Below are positions 1-14,450 of a DNA stretch of 64,000 nucleotides, piece by piece. Each line of letters opens with the position of its first letter. The first letter of the stretch is position 1. The notes beneath the pieces are model-generated. The model had not been told where the DNA came from. It searched no databases and saw only the letters and a list, made by a program, of their open reading frames with translations. Origin of the DNA: Macrostomum hystrix (taxonomy: Eukaryota > Animalia > Platyhelminthes); NCBI GenBank assembly GCA_950097015.1, contig CATNEN010000001.1:8184001-8248000 (forward strand), written 5' to 3'. The translations under genes were made by a program, and so were the position numbers.

Positions 1-544
1 GATTTCTGAGAACCACCTGCTCACTCACACCTTGCTAAATAAGTAGAAAAAATATCAACGCTCATTTTTGCTGCTCAAATTTCTTAGAAACTGTTGCTCA
101 ACAACTTGCTAGTTTTGTGTTTCCAGGTGCTTCTCTGCTAATTAAATCACACCCGCCAGCTTCAAATGCTCAACCTCCGCAGACTCAGCTTAGCAAATAT
201 TCCTACTGTGTTTGCGGCGAAACATGTTCAATAATTGCAGATTCTTAACTAGCTATCGCTTTTAGAATTTTTTTGTTTCTTAATTTTTTTCCTAACAAAG
301 CGAGAGTGAGAAGAGGGAAGATATTTGACACGGGATTTGCGTGAGAATTGCCTGTTCAAACGCAATATTTTATACCAATACTGGCGCTTGGGTTGTTTGA
401 CTTGAAACACGGCAACCACATAATCCGCTTAAAAAGTAGAACACAAAATACGAGTAGTGTGAAATTATTTGTCAATAAATTTTTATACATTATTAGAGTC
501 TTCCATTGTTCTAAGAAATACATGGAGAGACGATAGGGAGAGAG

Positions 545-1153
545 ATTGGATTCTTCAGGATGGGATTCTCTAGGATAGGATTCTTCAGCATGGGATTCTT
601 TAGTTTGGGATTCTGCGTGATGGGATTCTTTAGAATGGGATTCTTTAGAATGGGATTCTTTAGAATGGGATTCTTTAGAATGGGATTCTTTAGTATGGGA
701 TTATTTTTGGATGAGATTCTTTCGGATGGGATTCTTTAGGTTGGGGTTCTTCAGGATGGGATTCTTTGTGTTGGGATTCTTTTGGATGGGATTCTTCGTG
801 TTGGGATTCGTTAGGATGGGATTCTTTAGGATTGGATTCTTCAGGATCGGGGGATAAAAGGAGAGATTCTTCGTTATGGGAATCTTCAGGATGGGATTCT
901 TTAGGATGGGATTCTTCGTGATGGGATTCTTCAGGATTGGATTCTTTAGGATGGGATTCTTTAGGATGGGATTCTTCAGGATTGGATTCTATAGGATGGG
1001 ATTCTTCAGGGTGGGAATCTTCAGGATGGGATTCTTCAGGATTGGATTCTATAGGATTGGATTCTTTAGGATGGGATTCTTCAGGATGGGATTCTTCAGG
1101 ATGGGATTTTTCAGGATGACATTCTTTAGGATGGAATTCTTTAGGGTGGGATT
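545..1153. repeat. 15-bp minisatellite (TTCAGGATGGGATTC variants)
   Basis: Direct tandem repetition; explains the MGFFR-repeat ORF 876-1286. Confidence 0.95.
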
Positions 1154-2054
1154 CACAACAGTCTCATTGTGCAGGACTTGTAATGGCGGTGACATTTACA
1201 ACACGGCAATATATTTCTCGGCATTAGCAAATAGCAATAGGCTATCATTGATTGTCAGTTATTTTGCCTGCACTGACAAGTCATGACAGGCGGACACTGT
1301 GCGGCATTGGTTGCAACAAACTGTCCGACTTTCCAAAGATTGATTATACCAGATTAAATGTTTGACTGGACGCACTCAACTTATTCCATTCTGAAACTGT
1401 TCGACCTCATAATAATACCTGAAGCTACTGCACCCTAGTTGATTTATCTAACAGATCACTATTCCGATATACACATTCGCTAGATAGATAGATAGCTGAC
1501 AATGATAGATAGATCTATAGATATAGATAAATGGTCAAGCATTTTAGGTAGAATTTATTCCGCCAAAGTCTAGTTTTTTGTCAGCCTCTTCAATGCTGTT
1601 TACGAGTTGAATAAATTGTCTGTATATATACATACTTTGTCCTATGGTTGTATTGTAGTTGCTGCAGCCATATATGCGCGCAATATTTTTGCTTTGTTAG
1701 AATTCGTGTCACTAAATTGTGTGCAGTTCAAATCGATTTGAAAATTTGACAAAGTTACAACTCCGATACTGTCATGGCAGAGGTGAGTTAGAGATTTCGT
1801 GTCAACAACTTGATGTATGAGCTAAAATATTTTGACGGATAATGGTTACATCTCTCTCTCCTTTTTATTTACGTCAAAATTCAATTGCAGACTATTTTTT
1901 CACATCTTCACAAAGAGAATATTTGTTTGCGTGTTTGCGCTGTCGTGCGCTCCGTTTCGCTAAAAAAATTGGGATAAATATTCATTGTAATTGACAAAGG
2001 TGTGAAGAATTTCTCTCTATGAGGGTTAAATTCCGTTTCTGGGTAAATTTCAGA

Positions 2055-2762
2055 GGGGAAAATTGGAGATCAAAGTGGGGACGAAAGGAGATCAGAGATG
2101 AGGAGAATTGGAGATAAAAGTAGAGAGAATCGGAGATCAAAGATAGGGAGAATTGGAGAACGAATTGGGGGAGAATCGGGGAACGAATTGGGGAGAATTT
2201 GAGATCGAATTTGTGGGAGAAATGTAGATTAAATTGGGGATAAATGGAGATCAAAGTGAGGAGAATTGGAGATCGAATTGGGGGAGAAATGGAGATCAAA
2301 GTGAGGAGAAATGGAGATCAAAGTGGGGAGAAATGGAGATCAAAGTGGGGAGAAATGGAGATCAAAGTGGGGAGAATTGGAGATCAAAGCGGGGAGAAAT
2401 GGAGATCAAAGTGGGGAGAAATGGAGATCAAAGTGGGGAGAAATGGAGATCAAAGTGGGGGAGAAATGGAGATCAAAGTGGGGAGAATTGGAGATCAAAG
2501 TGGAGAGAATTGGAGATCAAAGCGGGGAGAAATGGAGATCAAAGTGTGGAGAATTGGAGAATTGGAGATCAAAGTGGGGAGAATTGGAGATCAAAATGGG
2601 GAAAAATGGAGATCAAAGTGGGGAGAATTGGAGTTCGAATTGGGGAGAAAGGGTGTTCAAAGTGGGGAGAATTGGAGATCAAAGTGGGGAGAATTGGAGA
2701 TCAAAATGGGGAAAAATGGAGATCAAAGTGGGGAGAATTGGAGTTCGAATTGGGGGGAGAAA
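2055..2762. repeat. 22-bp minisatellite (GGAGATCAAAGTGGGGAGAAAT)
   Basis: Tandem repeat; all three + frames give the same 22-aa periodic peptide. Confidence 0.95.
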
Positions 2763-3388
2763 TACAGGCAATTTGTGCCAAAACTTAGCACAGCTATTCA
2801 GGATACTGTCCATACTATCTTATCTTCTTAAGGCCCGTTAACACTTCAACAACATTAGTGTATCTTTTTCAATCTCGTGACTAAAATTCGTGTAACATAA
2901 ATAAATAACAGAAAACCGCCTGCTGTGCGTTTGAAATTTCCCTCTTTTAAAGCAAACACAAAAGAATTATCAATTATTGCATCAGTTTTTTCTGTGAGAG
3001 TGGAAACCTCTTGTTGGCAGGCATAGGTGGTGCAAGGCATGTGCAAATATTCAAATTTCTGATGACAGCTAAATTTATCCTTACGTCAACGACAGAAGAA
3101 GAAAAACTTATACAAAGGCACTTGCTTTTTTCCCTCACTTTTTGAATTGCCTGCAAACGATTGGCTGTATAAATGGTTGTCTGTGTTAACAGCCATTCCG
3201 AAACAGAACTCTTTCAGTGCACGTTTTCAGTTTCAACTTTGGCTATCCTGACTTTTGATCTGCGGTGGCTGTCGCATTTGTTTATTGTTGTTTTAAGAAA
3301 TTTGCTTTATACCAGCATATTTCATGTCTTTTGTAGAATAAACTGACATGGATTTACAGGACCTTGTGAAACTGTCCTGCCAACACAC

Positions 3389-4340
3389 TGTGCCTCATCT
3401 CTAACGTGCCTCATCTCTCCCTTGTCTCATCTCTCCCGTGTCTCATCTCTCCCGTGTCTCATCTCTCCCGTGTCTCATCTCTCCCGTGTCTCATCTCTCC
3501 CGTGTCTCATCTCTCCTCTTCTCGTCTCTCCCGTGTCTCATCTCTCCCGTGTCTCATCTCTCCCGTGTCTCATCTCTCCCGTGTCTCATCTCTCCTGTGT
3601 CTCATCTCTCCCGTGTCTCATCTCTCCTGTGTCTCATCTCTCCCGTGTCTCATCTCTCTCTCGTGTCTCATCTCTCTCGTGTCTCATCTCTCTCGTGTCT
3701 CATCTCTCCCGTGTCTCATCTCTCCCGTGTCTCATCTCTCCCGTGTCTCATCTATCCCTTGTCTCATCTCTCTCTCGTGTCTCATCTCTCTCGTGTCTCA
3801 TCTATCCCTTGTCTCATCTCTCCCGTGTCTCATCTCTCCCGTGTCTCATCTCTCCCGTGTCTCATCTCTCTCTCGTGTCTCATCTCTCTCGTGTCTCATC
3901 TCTCTCGTGTCTCATCTCTCCCGTGTCTCATCTCTCCCGTGTCTCATCTCTCCCGTGTCTCATCTCTCCCGTGTCTCATCTATCCCTTGTCTCATCTCTC
4001 TCTCGTGTCTCATCTCTCTCGTGTCTCATCTCTCCCGTGTCTCATCTATCCCTTGTCTCATCTCTCCCGTGTCTCATCTCTCCTGTTTCTCATCTCTCCC
4101 GTGTCTCATCTATCCCTTGTCTCATCTCTCCCGTGTCTCATCTCTCCTGTTTCTCATCTCTCCCGTGTCTCATCTCTCCCGTGTCTCATCTATCCCTTGT
4201 CTCATCTCTCCTGTTTCTCATCTCTCCCGTGTCTCATCTCTCCCGTGTCTCATCTATCCCTTGTCTCATCTCTCCTGTTTCTCATCTCTCCCGTGTCTCA
4301 TCTATCCCTTGTCTCATCTCTCATGTGTCTCATCTCTCCC
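3389..4340. repeat. 16-bp pyrimidine-rich minisatellite (GTGTCTCATCTCTCCC)
   Basis: About 60 tandem copies visible directly. Confidence 0.95.
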
Positions 4341-5943
4341 TTACCCTCACTTGGCCAGTGATCTTGAAGAAAGTGAGACAGACTCCGAAAAAATGGCTGG
4401 ACAGCTTTGCAGCTAATTAAAAATGTGGCTCATCACTTAAATTCCGTTGCGAATTATTTTGATATTAAAATAATCCTGGCAACAGCCGCCCACCCGATTG
4501 TTGCGCAGACCGTTTCCCATTGGCTGGAACTCTCCCATCTTCTCCCCGACACGGCCAACCAGCCTTAGCTGTTTAATTCTGACCAATAAATTGGGCGTCT
4601 AAATTTTATACTGTTAAGATTTGACTATGTGAAACAAGTTTTACTGTGTTTTTCTCGCACGCAGGGCAGTAGTATTTTACAGACTTGCAGAATGTGACAT
4701 AATAGCTCTGTATATACTGTAGACACAGTTCGGAACACTTGAGCATAAAATTTAGCCTTCAAAATTACCTATAATTGACAAGCCACTTATTCATTCACTA
4801 GACCTGAAAGTAATATAAGTGAAGTCCACTTCAAACCACTTGAACAACTCGGGATGTCCTGGATGGGATATGACCTTCTGCGGGTATTTTCTGATATTTC
4901 TTGATTGAAAGCAGACAAGCATTTGATAATTGCTTAGAGTTATCCAAGGCATGGCTTGTGGGAGAAGTTTCTGTCACACAGTGCTAATTACTTAGACGCA
5001 AAAAAATGATAAGATATATTGATTTTGTAAGCATGTACGACTTAACCATACAGAACATACATAGATAAACAGAGTTGCCTCCTCGCTGGCTGCGGTTCTG
5101 CTGTCACCAAATGATGTTGCCATTGCCCGCAGCCGTCATGCAATTAATATGCCTGCAATATTCCTGCTGATTGGGGACTTCATTCCAAAGACTGTCACTT
5201 TCTCCGACTAACGTAGGTATGTTAAATTTTTTAGGTTTTTTTCAAAATGGTTGTTAGCAACACACACTGATGGTTGTGTTGCTAATAAGCAAGAATGCAA
5301 GTAAAAAAGTCTATTGATACTCTCGCAAAAATGAAAACACGGTCTATAGCTGTAGAGTTATTTTAAAATTGAATTTAGGCATTGAATTTAGCTCGTTTCT
5401 GTTGCAATTCGGGTTCCTGATTTGAAACAAACCAGCCAAGACACGGGTCTCTTCCATCCAGCCCTTAATTGCATTCCGTTTTATCATGTTGGATATTGTA
5501 TGTTGAATCTGACAAACAATCAGTGGAATGATTTCGCTTGTCGCTTCAAAATTCACTTTCCCTCATCTCGAGTCTTAGAGTCGGGTGCCTTTGTTCTGTC
5601 CTGCTGATGTTCTGCCCTCGCAACTCCTCACATGCTGAGCTTCCAACTCAATCCTATCTATAACTGGGCCACGGACCAGTGATTAGTCTCTGATGTCACA
5701 CTTGCTGACTTCAAATGCATCCTTTTTTTATTTTCTTCCCTACATAGCTTGCTTTGTTTCAGTCAATGCGCTGGAACATTACAATAGAACTGCAGCTTTT
5801 TTTAATCTCTGATTCTTAACAGACTTCTCTAGGTTTTATCAGTAATATTTTCATCATTAATGTTAAGAGTCAATCAAAATCAGACTCAAAAGCAATTTTT
5901 GATCAAATCGATGTCAGAAATTATGCCCATACTGTTAATTCCA

Positions 5944-8603
5944 AAGATTCACAATCCCAAGATTCACAATCCCTTAGATTTACAATCCCATAGATTTACA
6001 ATCCCCAAGATTCACAATCCCTTAGATTCACAATCCCTTAGATTTACAATTCCCAAGATTCACAATCCCATAGATTCACAATCCCCTAGATTCACAATCC
6101 CATAGATTCACAATTCCATAGATTCACAATCCCATAGATTCACAATCCCATAGATTCACAATCCCCAAGATTCACAATCCCCTAGATTCACAATCCCTAA
6201 GATTCACAATCCCCAAGATTCACAATCCCCAAGATTCACAATTCCATAGATTCACAATTCCATAGATTCACAATCCCCTAGATTCACAATCCAATGGATT
6301 CACAATTCCATAGATTCACAATCCCAAGATTCACAATCCCTTAGATTCACAATCCCATAGATTCACAATCCCCTAGATTCACAATCCCATAGATTCACAA
6401 TCCCTTAGATTCACAATCCCATAGATTCACAATCCCTTAGATTCACAATCCCTTAGATTCACAATCCCATAGATTCACAATCCCATAGATTCACAATTCC
6501 ATAGATTCACAATCCCATAGATTCACAATCCCATAGATTCACAATCCCCAAGATTCACAATCCCCTAGATTCACAATCCCTAAGATTCACAATCCCCAAG
6601 ACTGACAATCCTAAAGATTCACAATCCCATAGATTCACAATCCCATAGATTCACAATCCCCAAGATTCACAATCCCCTAGATTCACAATCCCTAAGATTC
6701 ACAATCCCCAAGACTGACAATCCTAAAGATTCACAATCCCATAGATTCACAATCTTATAGATTCACAATCCCCAAGATTCACAATCCCCTAGATTCATAA
6801 TCCCTAAGATTCACAATCCCCAAGACTGACAATCCTAAAGATTCACAATCCCATAGATTCACAATCCCCAAGATTCACAATCCCCTAGATTCACAATCCC
6901 TAAGATTCACAATCCCCAAGACTGACAATCCTAAAGATTCACAATCCCCTAGATTCACAATCCCTAAGATTCACAATCCCCAAGATTCACAATCCCTAAG
7001 ATTCACAATCCCCAAGACTGAAAATCCTCAAGATTCACAATCCCCAAGATTCACAATCCCCAAGATTCGGAATGCCCAAGATTCACAATCCACTAGATTC
7101 ACAATCCCCAAGATTTACAATCCCAAGATTCACAATCCCCAAGACTGACAATCCTCACGATTCACAATCCCCTAGATTCACAATTCCATAGATTCACAAT
7201 CCCATAGATTCACAATCCCATAGATCACAATCCCATAGATTCACAATTCCATAGATTCACAATCCCATAGATTCACAATCCCCAAGATTCACAATCCCCT
7301 AGATTCACAATCCCTAAGATTCACAATCCCCAAGACTGACAATCCTAAAGATTCACAATCCCCTAGATTCACAATCCCTAAGATTCACAATCCCCAAGAT
7401 TCACAATCCCTAAGATTCACAATCCCCAAGACTGAAAATCCTCAAGATTCACAATCCCCAAGATTCACAATCCCCAAGATTCGGAATGCCCAAGATTCAC
7501 AATCCACTAGATTCACAATCCCCAAGATTTACAATCCCAAGATTCACAATCCCCAAGACTGACAATCCTCACGATTCACAATCCCCTAGATTCACAATTC
7601 CATAGATTCACAATCCCATAGATTCACAATCCCATAGATCACAATCCCATAGATTCACAATTCCATAGATTCATAATCCCATAGATTCACAATTCCCAAG
7701 ATTCACAATCCCCACAATTCACAATCCTCTAGATTCACAATCCCCAAGACTGACAATCCTCTAGATTCACAATCCCCACGATTCACAATCCCCACGATTC
7801 ACAATCCCATAGATCACAATCCCATAGATTCACAATTCCATAGATTCACAATCCCATAGATCACAATCCCATAGATTCACAATTCCATAGATTCATAATC
7901 CCATAGATTCACAATCCCCACGATTCACAATCCCCACGATTCACAATCCCATAGATCACAATCCCCACGATTCACAATCCCATAGATTCACAATCCCATA
8001 TATTCAGAATCCCAACGATTCACAATCCCCACGATTCACAATCCCATAGATTCACAATCCCATATATTCAGAATCCCAACGATTCACAATCCCCAAGATT
8101 CACAATCCCCAAGATTCACAATCCCCAAGATTCACAATCCCCAAGATTCACAATCCCCAAGATTCACAATCCCCAAGATTCACAATCCCCAAGATTCACA
8201 ATCCCCACGATTCACAATCCCATAGATCACAATCCCATAGATTCACAATTCCATAGATTCATAATCCCATAGATTCACAATTCTATAGATTCACAATTCC
8301 ATAGATTCACAATCCCATAGATCACAATCCCCACGATTCACAATCCCATAGATTCACAATCCCATATATTCAGAATCCCAACGATTCACAATCCCCACGA
8401 TTCACAATCCCATAGATTCACAATCCCATATATTCAGAATCCCAACGATTCACAATCCCCAAGATTCACAATCCCCACGATTCACAATCCCATAGATCAC
8501 AATCCCATAGATTCACAATTCCATAGATTCATAATCCCATAGATTCACAATTCCATAGATTCATAATCCCATAGATTCACAATTCCATAGATTCACAATC
8601 CCT
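5944..8603. repeat. 16-bp satellite (AGATTCACAATCCC[C/A][A/T]), about 2.7 kb with higher-order duplications
   Basis: Tandem copies; the rare variant CGGAATGCCCAAG recurs at about 7068 and 7482. Confidence 0.95.
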
Positions 8604-10890
8604 CTTGGAAGCGGTGAAATTTTACTCAGCAATTCGCGAATGCTCTGTATCGACACGCAGTTTCCCACTCTCGCTTGAAGACACTTGACTGCGAAGATTG
8701 ACAGGCGCAACTTTGGCTACTAGCTAGAAATGCGTGTTGAGTCATTGAGAATCCGGTTTTCAAAGGGTAATAGACAATGATGTTATAGTTAAAACAATTG
8801 CTACTTGTAAAAGAAGCTGTTCCAAAGAAAAAAAGAATAAGAATTGATCTAGCTCGTAGACTCTCGTGAATTGAAAATTTGTTAGCTGGTAAAAAAGAGC
8901 TGATTTTTTGTTTCAGCCTTTTAAAAGTGGCTTTCAAGCATGCAGCTTCCTCACTACGTTGAAGAAGTTTTCGTTATTATGTTATTAAAATGAAACAATT
9001 TTTGGGGATTTTGCCGGTGGTATAGTTATCCCTTTTGTTAAGATTTTTTCCTATCTGCTTTCCAAGCAGTCAAACACCTTTCCCTTGCGAAAGGACCCGT
9101 GGGATGCTTTTGAAGTGCTTCTATTATTTAAGGCAAGCCTGAGGAGTCACTACACAGCCACGCGAACTGGAGCGAAGATCAGGACACTCAATTGAATCCT
9201 TAGCAAGCAGTGAGCCTCAATCACTTGTACACTGTCTGATAAACAACAGGAAATGACTCCCAAACATCACTTTAAGAAAGACATCATTCACATAAAAACA
9301 TTCACATGAACAGGACCACGGCAATGAACATTTACGAGCTACCGTAGAAAAGCCGCCGTTTTTATACCAAGGTGGGAAATTAATTGAACTTTTTTGGCAG
9401 CGCCTGAATGCTAACAGCGTTGGGTGGTAACTGATTGGTTGACAGACTAGGCGATGGTGTCCTGTGGTTGAGCTGCTTCTAATATTTAGGCTTGATCAGT
9501 GAAATTGCAGAAATTCGCGTCAGGGTGTCCTTAGTGGCCTAGTTCCACCTGTTGTAGACCTTGAAGGTCCAGCAAATCCGTCTAGATAAAAATAGGTGAC
9601 CACCGAAGACGGAGACGCAGTGCTAATTCGTGTATAGGGGTTTATGAAATGCACTAGGGTATATATGGTTATGGGAAAAATGTGACCTTCGGCCAGAACC
9701 ATTGAATATCTCGACGGTATGAAGAGCTGGCGACTTGATTATTGTTTCAGAAGATGCGCAACAAAAAGTTGGCCCGTGTTCTTGAGTTTCGTTTGCTTGC
9801 GTTGCTCCGATCGGGTGCAGCACAAAACATCGTGTTGTTTTTTTGCTGCTTAAAATTAGCTACCAAACAAAAAAATTAATTACCCGACAGCAGAAGAAGG
9901 CCAAGGAAGAAAAAATAGTTCTACAACCAGCTAGCCTCCTTAATATTGTTGCTTCATTATTTCCCCCGTGCTATAGTCGATAATGATCTAATTGCCTTCT
10001 TTCTCCTCAAGAATTATCACGGTCGGGCCCTCTATATATTTGTTTGGTCATCAGCTTATTGGGGGGTATTTTGGCAGTCATGGAGATGTCGTTAGGCCCG
10101 TTCTGGCCATTATAGTTCCTTTTTTGGAAGCGGGTAATATAAAGAACCAACTAGACAGGAAAGTTACAATTTTATCCGCTGTTCTACCCCTCTGATTGTA
10201 TCTAGATAATTATCGAGCCATATTTATTTTCTAAGCAATTTGCATCGGGACTTTGCTGGTGTAAATTAGCACCGCGCACAATGTCCCAATGCTCTATATC
10301 AATTAGACAAGCAGCTAGCCAAACACAAGGCATCATTTACAGCTTTGCTGGTGGATAAAGAATTGAAAGTTGCAGACTGCCTTTCTAAAGATACGTGCCT
10401 GGTTGCTATCATAAAATCATGCAGACACAGGTATGAAGAATCTGCGATAGTCTCATGAGAATTCCTTATTGCTTTCTTATTTTGTTCCTTTGGCATTTTT
10501 GTGGGCTAAAAATCGTTTTAAACAAAGACTTTTGTTTGTTTTCTCCCCAAGGAGCTGAGGCGCAATCGTCTTTTAGATATTTATTCATTGCTTTGTCTGA
10601 AGAGGAGCATTTTATTAATTGTCTACTCTTTTGGGATTTTTTAGGTCGGTTGTACTAAAATGAAAGAAAAAATTGCTATTTCAAGTTTAAGACGCAATCG
10701 ATCGCATCCATTTTATAGCTGCTTGAACTGAAGCAATCAGGAAATCAAGTGCCGTGCTCGTGGACACAAATTGTTTCCCATGGTGGTGAGACTCGAACCC
10801 CCGACATTTCTGTCAGAAATACGACGCTCTTGGGGACCTTAAGCTCCATAAATTCCATTAGTAATGTTTTATTAAGAATGCGGCACTCAC

Positions 10891-11448
10891 CTGCTTGAAC
10901 TGCTCCTCAAAAGTCCAATGCTGACTGCCTCCGCCACCGCCGCTGCCGCCGCCTTCGACTCCGAAATTCGATTCGTTATCATCGCATGGCGTCTCTTTGC
11001 CGGAGGACAGCGGCGGCGGCGGAGACCGGTCGCTGGCATCGCTTCTTGAGTCGCCAGTCCCCGCTGCCGTTGCCGCCGCTGCTGCCGCTGCTTTCTCCTC
11101 TTCAGCCTCTTCCAGTTCGTCATCTGTTGGCATCATGAGTCGCCTCTCTGCCGCGGCATAATAGTCGCGCAGATGATTATTATTGCTGCTGCCGCTGCTG
11201 CTGCTGGCGTTTAGAGTGTCGTCAGAAACGGCGTCGTCTCGATCGCGTCGTCTCCGCTGCTGCTGACGAAACTGTAGCGACTGGCTGGCGCCAGGTGCTG
11301 GCAGACCCTGCAACAGGTGAGGAAATATTGCCAGCGGATGATGCGGCGGTGGCGGCGGCGGCGGAGGCGGCATCTGAATTCTTCCAGAGTCTGTGGATGT
11401 CGCCATGGCAGCTGCTCTGGCCTGTAGGAAGCTGGTCATCATTAGAAA

Positions 11449-11493
<45 letters not shown>

Positions 11494-11745
11494 TAGGAGA
11501 TCCTGATGGTGCTGATGAGCGAAAAATAATTCCCTGTTAGGAAAGAAGTCATGCATTGGTGACGGCTGCTGCTGCTGCTGCTGCTGCTGTTGATGATGAG
11601 GAACAGGATTTAAAGCATTTTTCGCAGTTTTAGCCACTCTCAGATCCAACTGATCTTGGTGTTCGTTTTCTTCAACATCATCGTCTTCTTCGATGAGTTC
11701 TGGCTGCTGCTGTTGTTCTTGGCTAGGCATCATTGTCGGATCCAT
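10891..11745 (-). CDS. ARID3: ARID3/dead ringer (retained)-like transcription factor, first coding exon
   Basis: Exon rich in polyQ, polyP and polyA, ending in HWTFEEQFKQ followed by a GTGAGT donor at 10890. WxFEEQFKQ is the conserved motif just before the ARID domain in ARID3/Dri. An acceptor precedes the ATG (intron 11746-11847, upstream UTR exon). ARID-domain exons were not found in the window. Confidence 0.72.
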
Positions 11746-12166
11746 CTGTAGAAATGATTATTCAACAATAAACACGTGACACCAAAATAATAAACTGCAA
11801 GAATAAGTATTATAAAATAGTTTTCAAAGTTTTAGACGCCTACTTACCTTTTTATCTTGTTATTTAACAGCGAGATCAGAGATAAGTTGTCTTTGCCCAA
11901 ATTGTCTCCAGCATCTTCTTGCTAATGCCGCCAAGAAATAGCTTAGCAATTTAAGGCGGTGGGTGGGTGGGTTGTCTCCGGCACAAATCTGTGAGCGCCA
12001 GGCCAACCAGAGAAGCCGATAATGGGACAGACACGCTGGGAAACTGGGAAGGGGAGTATTCAGTTTTTGGGGGCAACTGCCAGGCCTTTCAATGTAAGCC
12101 TAGGCTCCCATTGGACACGACCGATTTTAGAGCCCTGAATTGATTAGCGCGAACACATCCTTATTG

Positions 12167-13190
12167 TTCACAATCCCCAAGATTTACAATCCCAAGATTC
12201 ACAATCCCCAAGACTGACAATCCTCAAGATTCACAATACCCAAGATTCACAATACCCGAGATTCACAATCCCCTAGATTCACAATCCCTAAGATTCACAA
12301 TCCCCAAGACTGACAATCCTCAAGATTCACAATCCCCAAGACTGACAATCCTCAAGATTCACAATTCCCTAGATTCACAATCCCCAAGATTCACAATTCC
12401 CAAGATTCACAATCCCCAAGATTCACAATTGTCAAGATTCACACTCTACTAGATTCACAATCTCCTTCACAATCCACAATATTCACAATCCACAAGATTC
12501 ACAATCCGCAAGATTCACAACCCGCAATATTCACAATCCCAAGATTCACAATCCCCAAGATTCACAATCCCTAAGATTCACAATTGTCAAGATTCACACT
12601 CTACTAGATTCACAATCTCCTTCACAATCCACAAGATTCACAATCCACAAGATTCACAATCCGCAAGATTCACAACCCGCAATATTCACAATTCCAAGAT
12701 TCACAATCCCTAAGATTCACAATCCCCAAGATTCACAATCCCCAAGATTCACAATCCCCAAGATTCACAATCCACAAGATTCACAATCCACAAGATTCAC
12801 AATCCACTAGATTCACAATCCACAAGATTCACAATCCACAAGATTCACAATCCACAAGATTCACAATCCCCAAGATTCACAATCCACAAGATTCACAATC
12901 CACAAGATTCACAATCCCCAAGATTCACAATCCACAAGATTCACAATCCACAAGATTCACAATCCACAAGATTCACAATCCCTAAGATTCACAATCCCTA
13001 AGATTCACAATCCACAAGATTCACAACCCGCAATATTCACAACCCTTAAGATTCACAACCCGCAATATTCACAACCCTTAAGATTCACAACCCGCAATAT
13101 TCACAACCCCTTACATTTACAATCCTATAGCTTCGAATTTCTCTTGATTCACAATCCCAAAGATTTACAATCTCCTAGATTTGCAATTCC
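12167..13190. repeat. Second array of the AGATTCACAATCC 16-bp satellite
   Basis: Same unit and orientation as 5944-8603. Confidence 0.95.
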
Positions 13191-13952
13191 ATAACGACAG
13201 TTCTAGAGCTTTGAGTTGAGTATTGTGACAAACGAGAATTAAATGAACACAGCTTTCATTGAATTATAAGTCAATGATATAATAAAGCATTTGTAAGCAA
13301 TATAAGACTTTGTTTTATTCCAGTTTGAAGGCACTTTCAAATAGCTTTCTAATCGCGGGCACACATTTTCATTGTGCCACACAAGCAAAAGCAATGGATT
13401 GAGTCAGTTTTTGGTTCAACACTTCAGTGTGACGCGCGCGCTAGTACGAGAAGCTTTTATTATTTTGCAAGCGGTGTGAAATAAATCAAATTGGAAAGTG
13501 ATGCGCGCCTATTCTCTGTTCTGAGATGCTCAGACTCCGAATGCAGAGGTGTTTGACTATAAAAATCTATATAAATAGTGGCAAAATGCTTTTTGTTCCA
13601 TTTCAATATGTCAACAATTCAGACTTTCCATTCGACTGTGCGATTATGAAAGCTGATTTAAAAGCTTTTTTTCAATGTTTTTTTTCGCCTGGGTGTCTTT
13701 TTGTTAGACATATATTTGATACCTCTAGGTGTTGTTAAATCGTAGCGGATAATTTTGCTGCATTAGTTACCACAGGAAATTGTTTCCGCTTAAAATCTGG
13801 GATCATTTTTAATTGGGGCTGCTACTAGCTTGGATAGCTCGTAAAAATACGAGTACTTAATGAAAAAAATTGACATTCTTACAACACCTGGAAAACTGAG
13901 ACAATATTGTCATTGCGTGCATTAGACATTGGACACATTGGATGTGTATTCA

Positions 13953-14450
13953 GTTATCAAGTCACGTGATGTGTCTTTACTTATCGAGCAAGTCACCCGA
14001 TGTGCCTTCACTTATCAAGTCGCGTGGTGTGTCTTCACTTATCAAGTCACGTGATGTGTCTTCACTTATCAAGTCACGTGGTGTGTGCCATGACTATCAA
14101 GTCACGTGATGTGTGCCTTGACTATCGAGTCACGTGATGTGCCTTGACTTATAAAGTCACGTGATGTGTCTTCACTTATCGAGCAAGTCACGTGGTGTGT
14201 CTTCACTTATCAAGTCACGTGCTTTTTGTCACGTGATGTGTCTTCACTTATCGAGCAAGTCACACGATGTGTCTTCACTTATTAAGTCACTTGATGTGTC
14301 TTCACTTATCAAGTCACGTGATGTGTCTTCGCTTATCAAGTCACGTGATATGTCTTCACTTATCGAGCAAGTCACACAAATTGTCTTCAATTATCAAGTC
14401 ATCGTGTCTTCGCTTATCAAGTCACGTAATTTGTCGTAACTATCAAGTCT
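13953..14450. repeat. 27-bp minisatellite containing the E-box palindrome GTCACGTGA
   Basis: Unit CACTTATCAAGTCACGTGATGTGTCTT. Confidence 0.92.

Noticed and set aside
876-4420. Long ORFs in the 15-, 22- and 16-bp arrays
   Set aside because: Periodic peptides in several frames; repeat artefacts.
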